Assembly: GCA_963702435.1 (NCBI GenBank)
Contig: CAVPCR010000004.1
Coordinates: 448,001-512,000 of the forward strand
Origin: Candidatus Eiseniibacteriota bacterium
Lineage (GTDB): Bacteria; Eisenbacteria; RBG-16-71-46; CAVPCR01
DNA length: 64,000 nucleotides
Reading direction: 5' to 3'
Shown: in pieces, positions 30,300 through 41,061 of the stretch
How positions within the stretch are numbered: position 1 is the first letter of the stretch
How the letters are laid out: each line of letters opens with the position of its first letter
Translations under genes and position numbers: made by a program
The notes under the pieces: model-generated
Database searches by the model: none
Seen by the model: only the letters and a program-made list of their open reading frames with translations
What the model was told of the DNA's origin: nothing

Positions 30300-33233
30300 A
30301 TGACACAACGACGACTGGTGCATCTCCTCACGGTGGGAATGCTCGTGCTCGGAGCCGGCCGCGGGCTGGCCATCGTCGAGAGCGAGGACACCCACGCGTT
30401 CGACATCACCCTCCCGGAGGCGCCGGAGATCATCGATGCCGCGCCGATCCCGGCCGCGCAGAACGCGGTCGCCGGCATGACGGCGCGTTACGGCGGCTCC
30501 TGGCAGGTAGCGCTCTGGGATCCGCTCGCCCATTCGCCCGATCTCGTGCTCGGTTCGGGCGTGCAGCTCGCGACCGCGCCGCTCGTCAACGACGACGACG
30601 CGGCGGCCGTGGCGTCGACCTTCGTGGCGGCGAACGGCGAGCTCCTCGGCGCGGACAGCGCGGATCTCGTGCTCGACCGCGTGGTCCGCGGCGCCGGCAA
30701 GGTGGCCGTGCACTACGCGCAGCGGTACCACGGGATCCCCGTGATCGGGGGCCGGGTGCGCACCGTCTTCACCGAGAGCGGACGACTCTTCGTCTTCGGC
30801 TCGAGCTTCCACCGCGCGATCGACGTGAACCCGGTGCCGCTCATCACGGCCGCCCAGGCCGAGGGCATCGCGCGCGCGGCGCTGCCGTTCGATTCCGCCA
30901 CCGATCACACGCTCGCCTCGCCCGAGCTCCTCGTGCTGCCGGTGGCGGCCGGGGAGGACGGCACCGAGTACCACCTGGTGTGGCGGACGACCATCGCGAT
31001 CGCCGACCCGTACGGCGCCTGGGTCAGCCACGTGGATGCGCACACGGGGACGATCGTCTGGCGCTATAACGACGTGCACAATGCGTACTCCGGATCGGTG
31101 ACCGGCACCGTGGACGGCCGCCAGGGCTACTGCGAAGGGCCCTTGAGCCCGTCGCCTGGTCTTCGTGACATGTTCATCAACATCAACGGCCTGCCCCAGG
31201 CGACGACCGATCCCAGCGGCAACTTCGCGGTGGCGGGGACCGGCGGCGACCGCGCGATCAACGCCATCTTCGACGGCCCGCAGATCAACGTGAACGACAC
31301 GCAGTTCGGTGATGCTTCCTTCAACGGGACGATCCAGGAGAACGTGCCGCTCACCATCAACTGGACCGATGCGACCCCGTCGCGGCGGGCCGAGCGGGAT
31401 TGCTTCTACTGGATCAACGCCACCAACGCCTACATCAAGAGCATCGATCCCGCCTGGAGCATTCCCAAGCACAGCGCCAACGTCAACGTCAACTCGACCT
31501 GCAACGCCAACTGGACGACGTGGACGATGAACTTCTTCCGCGAGGGCGGCGGCTGCGGCAACACCGGGACCATCAGCGACGTGATGGCGCACGAGTATGG
31601 CCACGGGATCCAGCACTCGCTCCTCGGCAGCCAGGGCTCGGAGGGCTGCGGCGAGGGGAACGGCGACATCGCCGGCAGCTTCATGATCGACGATACGGTG
31701 ATCGGCCGCGGCTTCTACCTGAACAACTGCACGAGCGGGATCCGCGACTGCGAGAACACGCTCCGCTACCCGGAAAACGTCGTCGGTCAGCCGATCCACT
31801 CGGCGGGGCGGGTCCTCTGCGGCTTCAACTGGGACACGCGGCAGGCGCTCGAGGCATCCATGGGACAGGCGGCGGGCAAGGCCCACTGCGCGACCCTGTG
31901 GCACTTCAGCCGGAAGATCCTCCGCGCCGACACCCAGCCCGAGCAGGTGCTCGGCTACTTCATCACCGACGACGACGACGGCAACTTGACCAACGGTACG
32001 CCGCACTACGATGAGATCTGCGAGGGGGCGACCAACCACGGGTTCGCCTGTCCGGAGATCCTGATCGTGGCCATCCAGCACCAGCCGCCGCACTCGACCA
32101 CCAACCACGTCGATCCGATCACGGTGCAGGCGACGGTGACCGCCGCCGAGGGCGCCCTCGACGCGGTCCAGCTCTACTACCGGATCGACGGTGGCGCCTT
32201 CGCCCAGGTGGATATGACCAATGCTGGGGGCAACATCTACGCGGCGGACATCCCCGCGCAGGCGGATGACGCTCAGGTCCAGTACTACATCTACGCCCGG
32301 AACACCAACGGCTTCGAGCGCACTTCGCCGGCCGGCGCTCCGGCGACCCTCCACGCCTTCTACGTGGCGACCGTCGTGGACGAGCTCGAGGCGGCATCCG
32401 GCTGGATCGTGGGCGCTCCGGGCGACAACGCGACGACCGGGATCTGGGTGCGCGTCGATCCGAACGGCACGGCCGCCCAGCCGGAAGACGACTACACGGC
32501 GGCGCCGGGTGTCCAGTGCTTCGTGACCGGCCAGGGCACGCCGGGCGGGGCGGTCGGCGAGGCCGACGTGGATGGCGGGACGACGAGCCTCCTCACGCCG
32601 GTGCTCGACCTCTCCCAGTACACCCAGATGTGCAAGATCGCCTACGTGCGCTGGTACTCGAACAACCAGGGCGGCGCGCCGAACGCGGACAACTGGGTCG
32701 TCGACATCTCGAACGACGGCGGCACGACGTGGACGAGCGTCGAGAACGTGAACCCGCCCAACAACCTGCAGAACGTCTGGATCAGCGTGCTCGTGGACGT
32801 CGTCGCGCTCTTCGGCACGCCGAACCAGGTGCAGCTCCGCTTCAGGGCGAGCGACCTCGCCACCGGCTCGGTCGTCGAGGCGGCGGTGGACGATCTCGTG
32901 ATCCTCGCGCGCGGCGGCACGGCGGCAATCGATGAGCCGGCCGCGTCGGCGCCGGTCCGCTTCGCCGTGGGCCCGAACCAGCCGAACCCGTTCAATCCGC
33001 AGACCACGATCACCTACTCGCTGCCCTCGCGCGGCGAGGTGACGGTGACCGTCTTCGACGTGTCCGGTCGCCTCGTGCGCACGCTCTTCCAGGGCGTCGA
33101 GTCGGCGGGCGCGAAGACGATCTCCTGGAATGGGGTCGACGACGCGGGCCAGTCGGTGGCGTCGGGCGTCTACTACTACCGCGTCGAGTCGCTCGGACAG
33201 TCGGCGACGCGGAAGATGGTGCTCATGAAGTGA
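30300..33233 (+). CDS. Secreted M4/M36-like zinc metallopeptidase with FTP/PepSY propeptide and C-terminal FlgD-Ig sorting domain
   Basis: Signal peptide; Y.Q.Y.GIPV.G and VDAHTG propeptide motifs; AHEYGHG and EG.GD zinc ligands; NQPNPFNPQT.I.Y...WNG.D..G..VASGVYYY. Confidence 0.88.
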   Translation: MTQRRLVHLLTVGMLVLGAGRGLAIVESEDTHAFDITLPEAPEIIDAAPIPAAQNAVAGMTARYGGSWQVALWDPLAHSPDLVLGSGVQLATAPLVNDDDAAAVASTFVAANGELLGADSADLVLDRVVRGAGKVAVHYAQRYHGIPVIGGRVRTVFTESGRLFVFGSSFHRAIDVNPVPLITAAQAEGIARAALPFDSATDHTLASPELLVLPVAAGEDGTEYHLVWRTTIAIADPYGAWVSHVDAHTGTIVWRYNDVHNAYSGSVTGTVDGRQGYCEGPLSPSPGLRDMFININGLPQATTDPSGNFAVAGTGGDRAINAIFDGPQINVNDTQFGDASFNGTIQENVPLTINWTDATPSRRAERDCFYWINATNAYIKSIDPAWSIPKHSANVNVNSTCNANWTTWTMNFFREGGGCGNTGTISDVMAHEYGHGIQHSLLGSQGSEGCGEGNGDIAGSFMIDDTVIGRGFYLNNCTSGIRDCENTLRYPENVVGQPIHSAGRVLCGFNWDTRQALEASMGQAAGKAHCATLWHFSRKILRADTQPEQVLGYFITDDDDGNLTNGTPHYDEICEGATNHGFACPEILIVAIQHQPPHSTTNHVDPITVQATVTAAEGALDAVQLYYRIDGGAFAQVDMTNAGGNIYAADIPAQADDAQVQYYIYARNTNGFERTSPAGAPATLHAFYVATVVDELEAASGWIVGAPGDNATTGIWVRVDPNGTAAQPEDDYTAAPGVQCFVTGQGTPGGAVGEADVDGGTTSLLTPVLDLSQYTQMCKIAYVRWYSNNQGGAPNADNWVVDISNDGGTTWTSVENVNPPNNLQNVWISVLVDVVALFGTPNQVQLRFRASDLATGSVVEAAVDDLVILARGGTAAIDEPAASAPVRFAVGPNQPNPFNPQTTITYSLPSRGEVTVTVFDVSGRLVRTLFQGVESAGAKTISWNGVDDAGQSVASGVYYYRVESLGQSATRKMVLMK

Positions 33234-33266
33234 GCGTCCGCCAGGGCGCAGCTCAGAGCACACGAG

Positions 33267-33312
33267 GAGGGGCGGCGCGGGTGGTGCGAATCCCGCGCCG
33301 CCCCTCTTGCTT
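33267..33312 (+). terminator. Hairpin terminator after the peptidase
   Basis: GAGGGGCGGCGCGGG...CCCGCGCCGCCCCTC followed by TTGCTT. Confidence 0.7.
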
Positions 33313-33356
33313 GTCCGGATGTCCCGCGCGACAATGCAGGTCGGGAAGGGGGGAGC

Positions 33357-33617
33357 ATGCCCAGCCAGCTCTACCAGGTGCGCAATCTCTACGCCGATCA
33401 GCGCTTCGACGGGTTCGTACTCCGTGCAGGGAAGAAGGCCCGGGTTCGCGTCGAGGTCGAGAAGGCGAGCGACGGCCGCTATCGCGGCCGGGCCCGTCTC
33501 GTCGAGGCCGGCGATCGCGTGGTCGCCGAGGCGGAGGCGGAGACTCCGGACGGGGCGCTCGAGGCCCTGATCGGCCGCCTCTACGACACCCACTTCAACT
33601 TCGTGGCGCGCATCTAG
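33357..33617 (+). CDS. Small hypothetical protein
   Basis: 86 aa, GGGGGAG SD, typical codon usage. Confidence 0.65.
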   Translation: MPSQLYQVRNLYADQRFDGFVLRAGKKARVRVEVEKASDGRYRGRARLVEAGDRVVAEAEAETPDGALEALIGRLYDTHFNFVARI

Positions 33618-33781
33618 GGACAAGCCCCTGGATAGGGGCTGGCCCGGGCGGGCCCGGGCCCCCTCCGCCGCTGTGGTAGAATCACGCGCCGGTGAGTCCC
33701 GACCCCCGCGCTCCCTGCCCCCGCAGAGCCTCGCGGCGCCGCATCCACCCGTCGTGCTTCGGCCCAGGACAACGCCCGACC

Positions 33782-36337
33782 ATGAACCAGCCGTCCCGTC
33801 CGGATCTGCGATCTCGCCTGCCGCTCGCGCTCGGCGCGTTCCTTCTCGTTCTGGCCTGTGAATCGGCGGTCGAGCCCCCGGATTACATGACCGACGGGCC
33901 CCCGCCGGCCGTCATCGCCACCGATCCGGCCGCCGGGGCCACCGCCGTCGACTCGACCGCCACGATCAGCGTCACCTTCGATCAGGCCATGGCCGCGGCG
34001 ACCGTGCGCCCGGGCGTGACTTTCCGCGTCTCGACGCAGGCAGTGCCCATCCCGGGCTCGGTCGTGAGCGATCCGGCGCTCAGGCGCTTCGTGTTCGTGC
34101 CGGCGACGGCCCTGCCCGGATCGCGCCAGATCGATGTCGTCGTGCGCGACGTGGCCGATGAGGACGGGGCCTGGCTCCCCGCCCCGTATGACTTCTCCTT
34201 CCGGACGAGCGGCCCGAGCCCGATCCCGCCGCGGATGCCGGCGAATCCCTATCCCGCCGATGACGCGACCGACGTGCCGAACGACACCACCTTCACCTGG
34301 ACGGGAGGCACCGAAGGTGGCGATCCGGTGGTCTACGACTTCTGGCTCGGCACGAATGCGGGCAACATGACCGAGCGGGCGACCGGCCTGAACGCCGCCA
34401 TCTTTGCTCCGGGAACTCTGCCCTACGCGACCGAGCACGCGTGGCGGGTGGTGGCGCGCTCGGCCGGGGGCACGACCAGCGGTCCGGTGTGGACCTTCAC
34501 GATCAGGGACGCCCCGCCCGTGAACACGCCGCCGCCGGCACCGTGCACTCCGTACCCCGCCGACCAGGCGACCGGCGTGCCCGACACCACGCGCCTCGAG
34601 TGGGGCTGCATCACGGATCCCGACAGCGACCCGGTCTCCTTCGATGTCCATCTCGGCACGACGACCAATCCGTCGCTCGTCGCCACCGTGTCCTCGCCGC
34701 TCTTCGTGCCGTCGGGTCCGCTCTTTGCGGACACGCGCTACTACTGGAAGGTCGTGGCGGATGACGGACGGGGCGGGCGCACGTCAGGACCGCTGTGGAG
34801 CTTCCGGACCGCCGTGCCGCCGCCGCCCAACGATCCGCCGAGCGCGCCGTCGACTCCCGATCCGCCGCACGACGCCATCGTCGTCGATCCCGCCGCCACG
34901 CTCGCCTGGAGCGGGGGCGTCGATCCGAACGGCGACGCGGTCGTCTTCGTGGTCTATCTCGAGCGCGACGATGCGGCCGATCCGGATTCGGTGGCGACCG
35001 TGACGGCGCGTTCGTATGCGCCGCCGCTGCCCCTCGCGGCGGGCGCCGCCTACTACTGGCGGATCGAGGCGCGGGATGAGCGCGGCGCCGCGACGTCGGG
35101 CCCGCGCGTGTGGTCGTTCACGACGAACGCGCCGCCGAGCGAGCCCTGCAATCCGGATCCCGCCGACAACGAGATCGGCGTCGGGATCATCGTCCGTCTC
35201 AACTGGGAGTGCGGCGTGGATCCCGAGTCGCAGGCGGTCGTCTATGACGTCTATCTCGGGACGACGCCCGATCCGGCGGTTCCGATCGCCACGGTGAACA
35301 ATCGCACCTATCTCGTCGGCGGCGTGCTGCCGGGGGTGACCTACTACTGGCGGATCGTGGCCCGCGACCCGGGCGGCGCCGAGGCGTCGGGCCCGGTCTG
35401 GTCGTTCTCGACCGAGGGGCCGAACGAGGCGCCGGCCGAACCATGCGACCCCGCTCCCGCGGGCGGGGCGGGCGAGGTCCCCGTCACGACCTCGCTCCAG
35501 TGGGGATGTGCGACCGATCCGAACGGCGACCCGCTGAGCTTCGAGGTGCGCCTCGGCACGACGGACGATCCGCCGCTCGTCACGACGGTGACGACGCCGC
35601 AGTTCGATCCCGGGGGATCGCTCGCCGCGGAGACGCGCTACTACTGGCGGATCACGGCGGACGACGGCCGGGGCGGCCGGAGCGATGGTCCCCTGTGGGA
35701 CTTCCTCACGGCGCCGCGGCCGAATGAGCCGCCGACCTCGCTCGTCGACCCGGTGCCGGACCAGGGTGCGATCGGCGTCGCCGCCGGTCAGGAGCTGGCC
35801 TGGAGCGGTGGCGATGATCCCGAGGACGAGGTCGTCTACGTCGTTTTCCTCGAGCAGGACGATGCAGTCGCTCCGGATTCGGTCGCGGTGGTGACCGAGA
35901 AGTCGTACACGCCGCCGCTCCCGTTCGCGGCGGGCGGCGAGTACTACTGGCGAATCGAGGCGCGGGACGACCGCGGCGGGGTCCGGTCGAGCGCGATCTG
36001 GCACTTCACGGCGAATCTGCCGCCGGCCGCGCCGTGCAATCCGAACCCGGCGGATGGCGGCTCCAAGGATGCCCCCGCAGTGACCCTGCGCTGGGGTTGC
36101 GGGAACGACCCCGAGGATCAGGATGTCGAGTATGACGTCTACTTCGGGATGAACCCCGATCCGCCGGGCCCGATCGCCACCGTCAGCAACCGTCGCCTGA
36201 ACCTGGGCGGACTCCTTCCCGAGCGCGTCTACTTCTGGCGGGTCGTTGCCCGCGACGAGGCCGGCGGCCAGACCACGGGCCCGGTCTGGTCGTTCAGCAC
36301 GACCGGTGGCGGTCTGGCCGCGACCCCCGCGCCCTAG
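33782..36337 (+). CDS. Lipoprotein with Big_5 Ig-like domain and seven FN3-like repeats
   Basis: Lipobox VLAC; T.P..GAT.V....I.VTF Big_5 start; repeated P.NP.P...W....D.D...Y...YYW...A.D..G....GP.WSF.T. Confidence 0.85.
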   Translation: MNQPSRPDLRSRLPLALGAFLLVLACESAVEPPDYMTDGPPPAVIATDPAAGATAVDSTATISVTFDQAMAAATVRPGVTFRVSTQAVPIPGSVVSDPALRRFVFVPATALPGSRQIDVVVRDVADEDGAWLPAPYDFSFRTSGPSPIPPRMPANPYPADDATDVPNDTTFTWTGGTEGGDPVVYDFWLGTNAGNMTERATGLNAAIFAPGTLPYATEHAWRVVARSAGGTTSGPVWTFTIRDAPPVNTPPPAPCTPYPADQATGVPDTTRLEWGCITDPDSDPVSFDVHLGTTTNPSLVATVSSPLFVPSGPLFADTRYYWKVVADDGRGGRTSGPLWSFRTAVPPPPNDPPSAPSTPDPPHDAIVVDPAATLAWSGGVDPNGDAVVFVVYLERDDAADPDSVATVTARSYAPPLPLAAGAAYYWRIEARDERGAATSGPRVWSFTTNAPPSEPCNPDPADNEIGVGIIVRLNWECGVDPESQAVVYDVYLGTTPDPAVPIATVNNRTYLVGGVLPGVTYYWRIVARDPGGAEASGPVWSFSTEGPNEAPAEPCDPAPAGGAGEVPVTTSLQWGCATDPNGDPLSFEVRLGTTDDPPLVTTVTTPQFDPGGSLAAETRYYWRITADDGRGGRSDGPLWDFLTAPRPNEPPTSLVDPVPDQGAIGVAAGQELAWSGGDDPEDEVVYVVFLEQDDAVAPDSVAVVTEKSYTPPLPFAAGGEYYWRIEARDDRGGVRSSAIWHFTANLPPAAPCNPNPADGGSKDAPAVTLRWGCGNDPEDQDVEYDVYFGMNPDPPGPIATVSNRRLNLGGLLPERVYFWRVVARDEAGGQTTGPVWSFSTTGGGLAATPAP

Positions 36338-37209
36338 ACGCGCACCGCGCCGGTCATGGCGTGGAGCCGGGCGACCCGCTCGGCCATCGGCGGATGGGTC
36401 GAGAACAGGCCGGCCAGGCCGCCGCCGCGCAGCGGGTTCACGATGAACATGTGCGCGGTGGACGGGGTCGCCGCCTGCATCGGCCGGCGCGTGGCCATCA
36501 TCTCGAGCTTCTCGAGAGCCCGGGCGAGGGCGAGCGGATTCTGCGTGAGCGCCGCGGCACCCGCATCGGCCGCGTACTCGCGCCCGCGCGAGATGGCGAG
36601 CTGGATGATCGTGGCCGCGATCGGCGCGATGAGGGCGGTGACGAGCAGGCCGATGCCGCTCGCGCCCCGGTCATCGTCGCGCCGCCCGCCGCCGAAGATG
36701 GCTGCCCACTGCGCCATGTTGGCGAGGATCGAGATGGCGCCAGCGATGGTCGCCACCACCGATCCGGTGAGGATGTCACGGTGGCGCACGTGGGCGAGCT
36801 CGTGCGCCATCACCCCTTCGAGCTCCTGATCGTCGAGCAGCTCGAGGATGCCGGCGGTCGCCGCCACCGCGGCGTGCTGCGGATCGCGCCCCGTGGCGAA
36901 GGCATTGGGCGCACCCGACGGAATGACGTAGACCTGCGGCATCGGCAGTCCCGCCTTCATCGTCAGCCGCTCGACGATCATCCTGAGCCGCGCGCCCGCG
37001 CGCGCCATCTCCGGCGGCAGCTTGTCGACCGGCACGGCCCGGTACATGCCGAGCACGATCTTGTCCGAGAACCAGTAGCTCGCGAAGTTCATGACCGCGG
37101 CGAGGACGAGCGCCATGATCGCGCCCTGGCGGCCGCCGAGGGCCTGCCCGGCGGCGACGAGGATCCCGGTGAGCAGGGCGAGAAGGACGGTGGTCTTGAG
37201 CGTGTTCAT
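36334..37209 (-). CDS. htpX: Zinc metalloprotease HtpX
   Basis: [33 protein letters not shown]. Confidence 0.95.
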   Translation of the reverse strand: MNTLKTTVLLALLTGILVAAGQALGGRQGAIMALVLAAVMNFASYWFSDKIVLGMYRAVPVDKLPPEMARAGARLRMIVERLTMKAGLPMPQVYVIPSGAPNAFATGRDPQHAAVAATAGILELLDDQELEGVMAHELAHVRHRDILTGSVVATIAGAISILANMAQWAAIFGGGRRDDDRGASGIGLLVTALIAPIAATIIQLAISRGREYAADAGAAALTQNPLALARALEKLEMMATRRPMQAATPSTAHMFIVNPLRGGGLAGLFSTHPPMAERVARLHAMTGAVRV

Positions 37210-37349
37210 CGACTTCCCTCGAGGCAGCGGGGGGCTGCGCTGACGGATCCAGCGGATCTCATCATTCGTTTCGATCGTGACGGCCGGGCGGCGGTTTCAG
37301 CCACCGGCCCGGCCGGCCGCGCCATCCGGGCCGGCGCGCCCGATGCCGC

Positions 37350-38603
37350 CTAGCGCCAGGCGGCCACTTCCTCGCGGGCGCGGGTGGCCAGCCCGCGGAG
37401 CCCGCGGCGACCCTCGCGGGCGCTCGCGCGGAGCTCTTCGTAGCGGTCGATGAGATGGCGGGCCTGCCGGCCGGCATCCAGGTGCTTCGCGCGCTTCCGC
37501 GCCGCCGCTCCCAGCCGCCGGCCGAGCTCGGGGTCGGCAAGGATGCGCTCGACGGCGGCGGCGAAGGGAGCCGCGGCCGTCGGGACCAGGAGCCCGTCCG
37601 CCTCGTCCTCGATCAGGTCCACGACCCCGGGGCCGCGCGCGGCCACGACCGGCGAGCCGGCGGCCATCGCCTCGAGGAGCGCGAGCCCCTGCGTCTCGGT
37701 CACCGAGGCGGACACGAACACGTCGGCCGCGCGGTAGCAGGATTCCATCTCCGCGTGCGGCACCCAGCCGATGAAGCGCACGCGCCCCGCCACGCCCAGC
37801 GCGCGGGCGACGTTCTCGAGGCGGTCGCGGTCCGGCCCGTCGCCGGCGATCACGAGCTCGGCCTCTGGCCGGCGGCGGCAGAGGATCTCGAGCGCGGCGA
37901 GAAGCAGATCCAGGTTCTTCTCGCGCGCGATGCGACCCGCGAAGAGAAGCACGCTCGCCGATCTGGACAGCCCGAGTCGGGCGCGGGCATGGCGCTGTTC
38001 CGCCGGCGAGGTGTCCGGGGGGATGGGCACCCCGGTCATGAGGACCTCGATCGGACTGCGCACGCCGTACCCCGCGAGGAGGTCGCGAATGTCGTGCGAC
38101 GGCGCGAGGACGCGGTCGTGCAGGTTGCAGAACCACCGGCTGAAGGCCGGGGTGATGCGGCGCGCGAGCGGGGCGCCCGCCTTGAGGTAGTGCGAGTACT
38201 CGGCGTAGAGCGTGTGATAGGTGTGGACGAGCGGCAGGCCGAGCGCCCGACCGGTCTGCACGCCCACGTAGCCGATGGCGAAGGGCGTGTGGGTGTGCAC
38301 GACGTCGAGCCCGAGCTCCTCGGCGACCTGTCGCACGCGCCGGGCGATGGGCAGGGCGAGCCCGTGCGAGCGCTCGGTGATGAGCGGGAACGAGGGCACC
38401 CAGTAGATGGCCTCGACGCCCGCGGGCAGCGCGCTCGTGGACTGCAGGATGCGCTGGGTGAGGAAGCCGGAGATCTCGGTGCGGGGAGCGAAGACCGTGA
38501 CGCTCGAACCGAGACGCGCGATCTCCGCGGCGAAGGTCTCGATCGAGACCACGACGCCGTTCATGTTGGGGCGGTAGGAGTCGGTGAAGAAACCGATGCG
38601 CAT
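37350..38603 (-). CDS. Glycosyltransferase family 4 (glycolipid synthase-like)
   Basis: MRIGFFTDSY.P..NGV, HTYHT.Y, GR.AREKN, ETQGL..LEAMA. Confidence 0.9.
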   Translation of the reverse strand: MRIGFFTDSYRPNMNGVVVSIETFAAEIARLGSSVTVFAPRTEISGFLTQRILQSTSALPAGVEAIYWVPSFPLITERSHGLALPIARRVRQVAEELGLDVVHTHTPFAIGYVGVQTGRALGLPLVHTYHTLYAEYSHYLKAGAPLARRITPAFSRWFCNLHDRVLAPSHDIRDLLAGYGVRSPIEVLMTGVPIPPDTSPAEQRHARARLGLSRSASVLLFAGRIAREKNLDLLLAALEILCRRRPEAELVIAGDGPDRDRLENVARALGVAGRVRFIGWVPHAEMESCYRAADVFVSASVTETQGLALLEAMAAGSPVVAARGPGVVDLIEDEADGLLVPTAAAPFAAAVERILADPELGRRLGAAARKRAKHLDAGRQARHLIDRYEELRASAREGRRGLRGLATRAREEVAAWR

Positions 38604-38802
38604 ACGCCCTGTTGGTCGGATCCCGATGCGGGGTTTCCGGATCCTGGATCGGTCCGGAGCCTGGTATCGGACTTCGTCTCGGTCGCCGCAGCCACTGTTG
38701 GGGACGAGCGCAATCTAGCATGCGGGGCGGGCGGCGAGGGGGGCCAAGCCGGCCGGAGGGCGGAGACCGGGCGACGGGGAGCGGGAGGGGGGGGCAGCCA
38801 GC

Positions 38803-38852
38803 TTGCATCTACTCTAAAATATGCTATTCTTGTGGATAGTTTTCTCGGAGAA
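38803..38852 (+). promoter_or_regulatory. AT-rich sigma-70 promoter of the dinB operon with overlapping palindromes
   Basis: TTGCAT-16 nt-TATTCT with extended TG; imperfect IR CTATTC-N4-GGATAG over the -10; TTCTCGGAGAA downstream. Confidence 0.6.
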
Positions 38853-38930
38853 TGAACGACAGAAGGACGGATGGCGGGCCCCGCGACGGCGGGCAGGCGC
38901 TCGCCGCGGGGCGGTGCCGGGAGCGCGACC

Positions 38931-40181
38931 ATGACGGGATCCGAGACGGCAGCGGCGCGGGTCCTCCTGCATGTGGACATGGACGCCTACTTCGCGGCGG
39001 TCGAGATCCTGGCGAACCCCGCTCTCCGGGGCTTGCCCGTGGTGGTCGGCGGCCTTCCCGGGAGCCGTGGGGTGGTGGCCACCGCCTCCTACGAGGCACG
39101 GCCCTTCGGGATCCGCCCCGGGATGCCGCTCGCGGAAGCGGCGCGCCGCTGCCCGCGGGCGGTCTTCCTGCCCGGCGATCCCCCCAAGTACGTCTTCTAC
39201 TCGCTTCGCTTGCTCGATCTCCTGCGCGGATTCTCGCCGCAAGTCGAACCCTTCTCGATCGACGAGGCCTTTCTCGAACTGAGCGGTCAGGTGCGGACCC
39301 TCGACGAGGGACGGGCGGTGGCGGTCGCGATCCAGCAGGCGGTCGATCGCCGTCTCCGGCTCTCCGCCTCGATCGGCGTCGGTCCGAACAAGCTCGTGGC
39401 CAAGATGGCGTCGGGCGTCGACAAGCCCCACGGCATCACCATGCTCGACCGTGCGGCCTTCTGCCGGCGGTTCTGGCCGCTCGCCGCCGGCGAACTCTTC
39501 GGCGTCGGTGAGAAGACCGCCGCGGCGCTCGCGCTCCTCGGCATCCGCACGATCGGTGACCTGGCGCTCGCCCCGCACGCCGGACTCGTCCGCGCCTTCG
39601 GCGTGATCGGAGGCGCACTCCGGCACATGGCGCGCGGCGAGGACTCGACGCCGCTCATCCCGTACTACGAGGGTTTGCCCGTCAAGTCGATGGGTCACGA
39701 ACATACCCTCTCGCGCGACCAGGCCGATCCGGAGCGACTCGCGGCGATGCTCCTCCGCCTCACCGAGCAGGTGGCACGCCGGCTCCGGCAGGCGGGTCTC
39801 GCCGGTCGCACGGTGACGGTGAAGCTCCGCTTCTCCGATTTCCGGACCATCACGCGACGGCGCACGCTCGATCTCCCGACCGATGAGGAGCAGAGGATCT
39901 TCCCGGTGGCTCGCGATCTCCTTGTCCGGAATCAGGGCGGCGCTCCGCTCCGGCTCATCGGGGTGAGCGTGAGCGGGCTTTCGGGCGGTGCGGGCACCGA
40001 GTATCTCTTCGGCGCCGATCGCCGCCGGCGGCAGGTGGTCGGCGCAGCCGATCTCCTGCGCGATCGCTTCGGGGAGAACGTCCTCACCCGGGCCCGCGTC
40101 CTCACCGTGCATGGAGGAGTCCGGGGCAGGGCCGCCCGGCGCGGACCGGCCGAAGAACTGGGACCGAGTCACGATGGGTGA
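38931..40181 (+). CDS. dinB: Y-family DNA polymerase IV
   Basis: LHVDMDAYFA.VE, ASYEAR.FG, SIDEAF (catalytic acids intact), NKLVAKMAS, little-finger KSMGHE.T. Confidence 0.95.
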   Translation: MTGSETAAARVLLHVDMDAYFAAVEILANPALRGLPVVVGGLPGSRGVVATASYEARPFGIRPGMPLAEAARRCPRAVFLPGDPPKYVFYSLRLLDLLRGFSPQVEPFSIDEAFLELSGQVRTLDEGRAVAVAIQQAVDRRLRLSASIGVGPNKLVAKMASGVDKPHGITMLDRAAFCRRFWPLAAGELFGVGEKTAAALALLGIRTIGDLALAPHAGLVRAFGVIGGALRHMARGEDSTPLIPYYEGLPVKSMGHEHTLSRDQADPERLAAMLLRLTEQVARRLRQAGLAGRTVTVKLRFSDFRTITRRRTLDLPTDEEQRIFPVARDLLVRNQGGAPLRLIGVSVSGLSGGAGTEYLFGADRRRRQVVGAADLLRDRFGENVLTRARVLTVHGGVRGRAARRGPAEELGPSHDG

Positions 40182-41061
40182 CCGGCACACACGCGATCTC
40201 TTCGCTCCCGCCTCGCGGGATCCTGAGTCCGAGCGCGAATATTCGCGCCGGGCGGACCCGGAGCCGCCGCACTGGCAGCCCGGGGCGCGGATCCTCGTCG
40301 GCACCTCGGGCTACAGCTTTCCCGACTGGGTGGGCCCCTTCTATCCGCCCGGGCTCAAGTCCGCCGACATGCTGTCCTTCTACAGCGAGCACTTTCCGGC
40401 GGTCGAGGTGAACTCGACCTACTACCGCGTGCCGCCGCCCCGGGTCACGGCCCGGATGGCCGAGAAGACACCACCCGCTTTCCGCTTCGTGGTGAAGGCC
40501 CCGCAGTCGCTCACCCACGAGCGGCGGCTCGATCCGGCGGAGATGGCCGCCTTCCGCGCCTGCCTCGAACCGCTCCAGGCAGCGGACAAGCTCGACGGGG
40601 TGCTCCTCCAGTTCCCGTGGAGCTTCCGGCCGGATCCGACGAGCCGCCGGTTCCTCGCCGGAACGCGGGCGGCGTTTCCCGATCTGCCGCTGTGGGCCGA
40701 GTTCCGGAACGCGCGATGGGCGGCCCCGGACACCTTCGCGGACCTGCGCGCCCATGGTCTCGGCTACTGCATCGTGGACGAGCCGGCGCTCCCGGGACTC
40801 ATGCCGCCGGTCGTCGAGCTCACCGCTCCTGCGGGCTACGTGCGCTTCCACGGGCGGAACGCCGCCAACTGGTGGGGGCGCGGCGGCGGCGATCGCTACG
40901 ACTATCTCTACTCGCCGCCGGAGCTCATGGCCTGGGTGGCCAGAATCCACGATCTGGCGCGGCGGGCCGAGAAGGTCTACGTCTTCTTCAACAACTGCCA
41001 TGCCGGGCAGGCGGCGCGGAACGCCCAGCTCATGCAGGAGCTCCTGCTCAGGGAGGCTTGA
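40174..41061 (+). CDS. DUF72 (YecE-like) protein
   Basis: VGTSGY...W...FYP, VEVNSTYY, LLQFP, EFRN, YVRFHGRN, YDYLY, FFNN. Confidence 0.92.
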   Translation: MGDRHTRDLFAPASRDPESEREYSRRADPEPPHWQPGARILVGTSGYSFPDWVGPFYPPGLKSADMLSFYSEHFPAVEVNSTYYRVPPPRVTARMAEKTPPAFRFVVKAPQSLTHERRLDPAEMAAFRACLEPLQAADKLDGVLLQFPWSFRPDPTSRRFLAGTRAAFPDLPLWAEFRNARWAAPDTFADLRAHGLGYCIVDEPALPGLMPPVVELTAPAGYVRFHGRNAANWWGRGGGDRYDYLYSPPELMAWVARIHDLARRAEKVYVFFNNCHAGQAARNAQLMQELLLREA

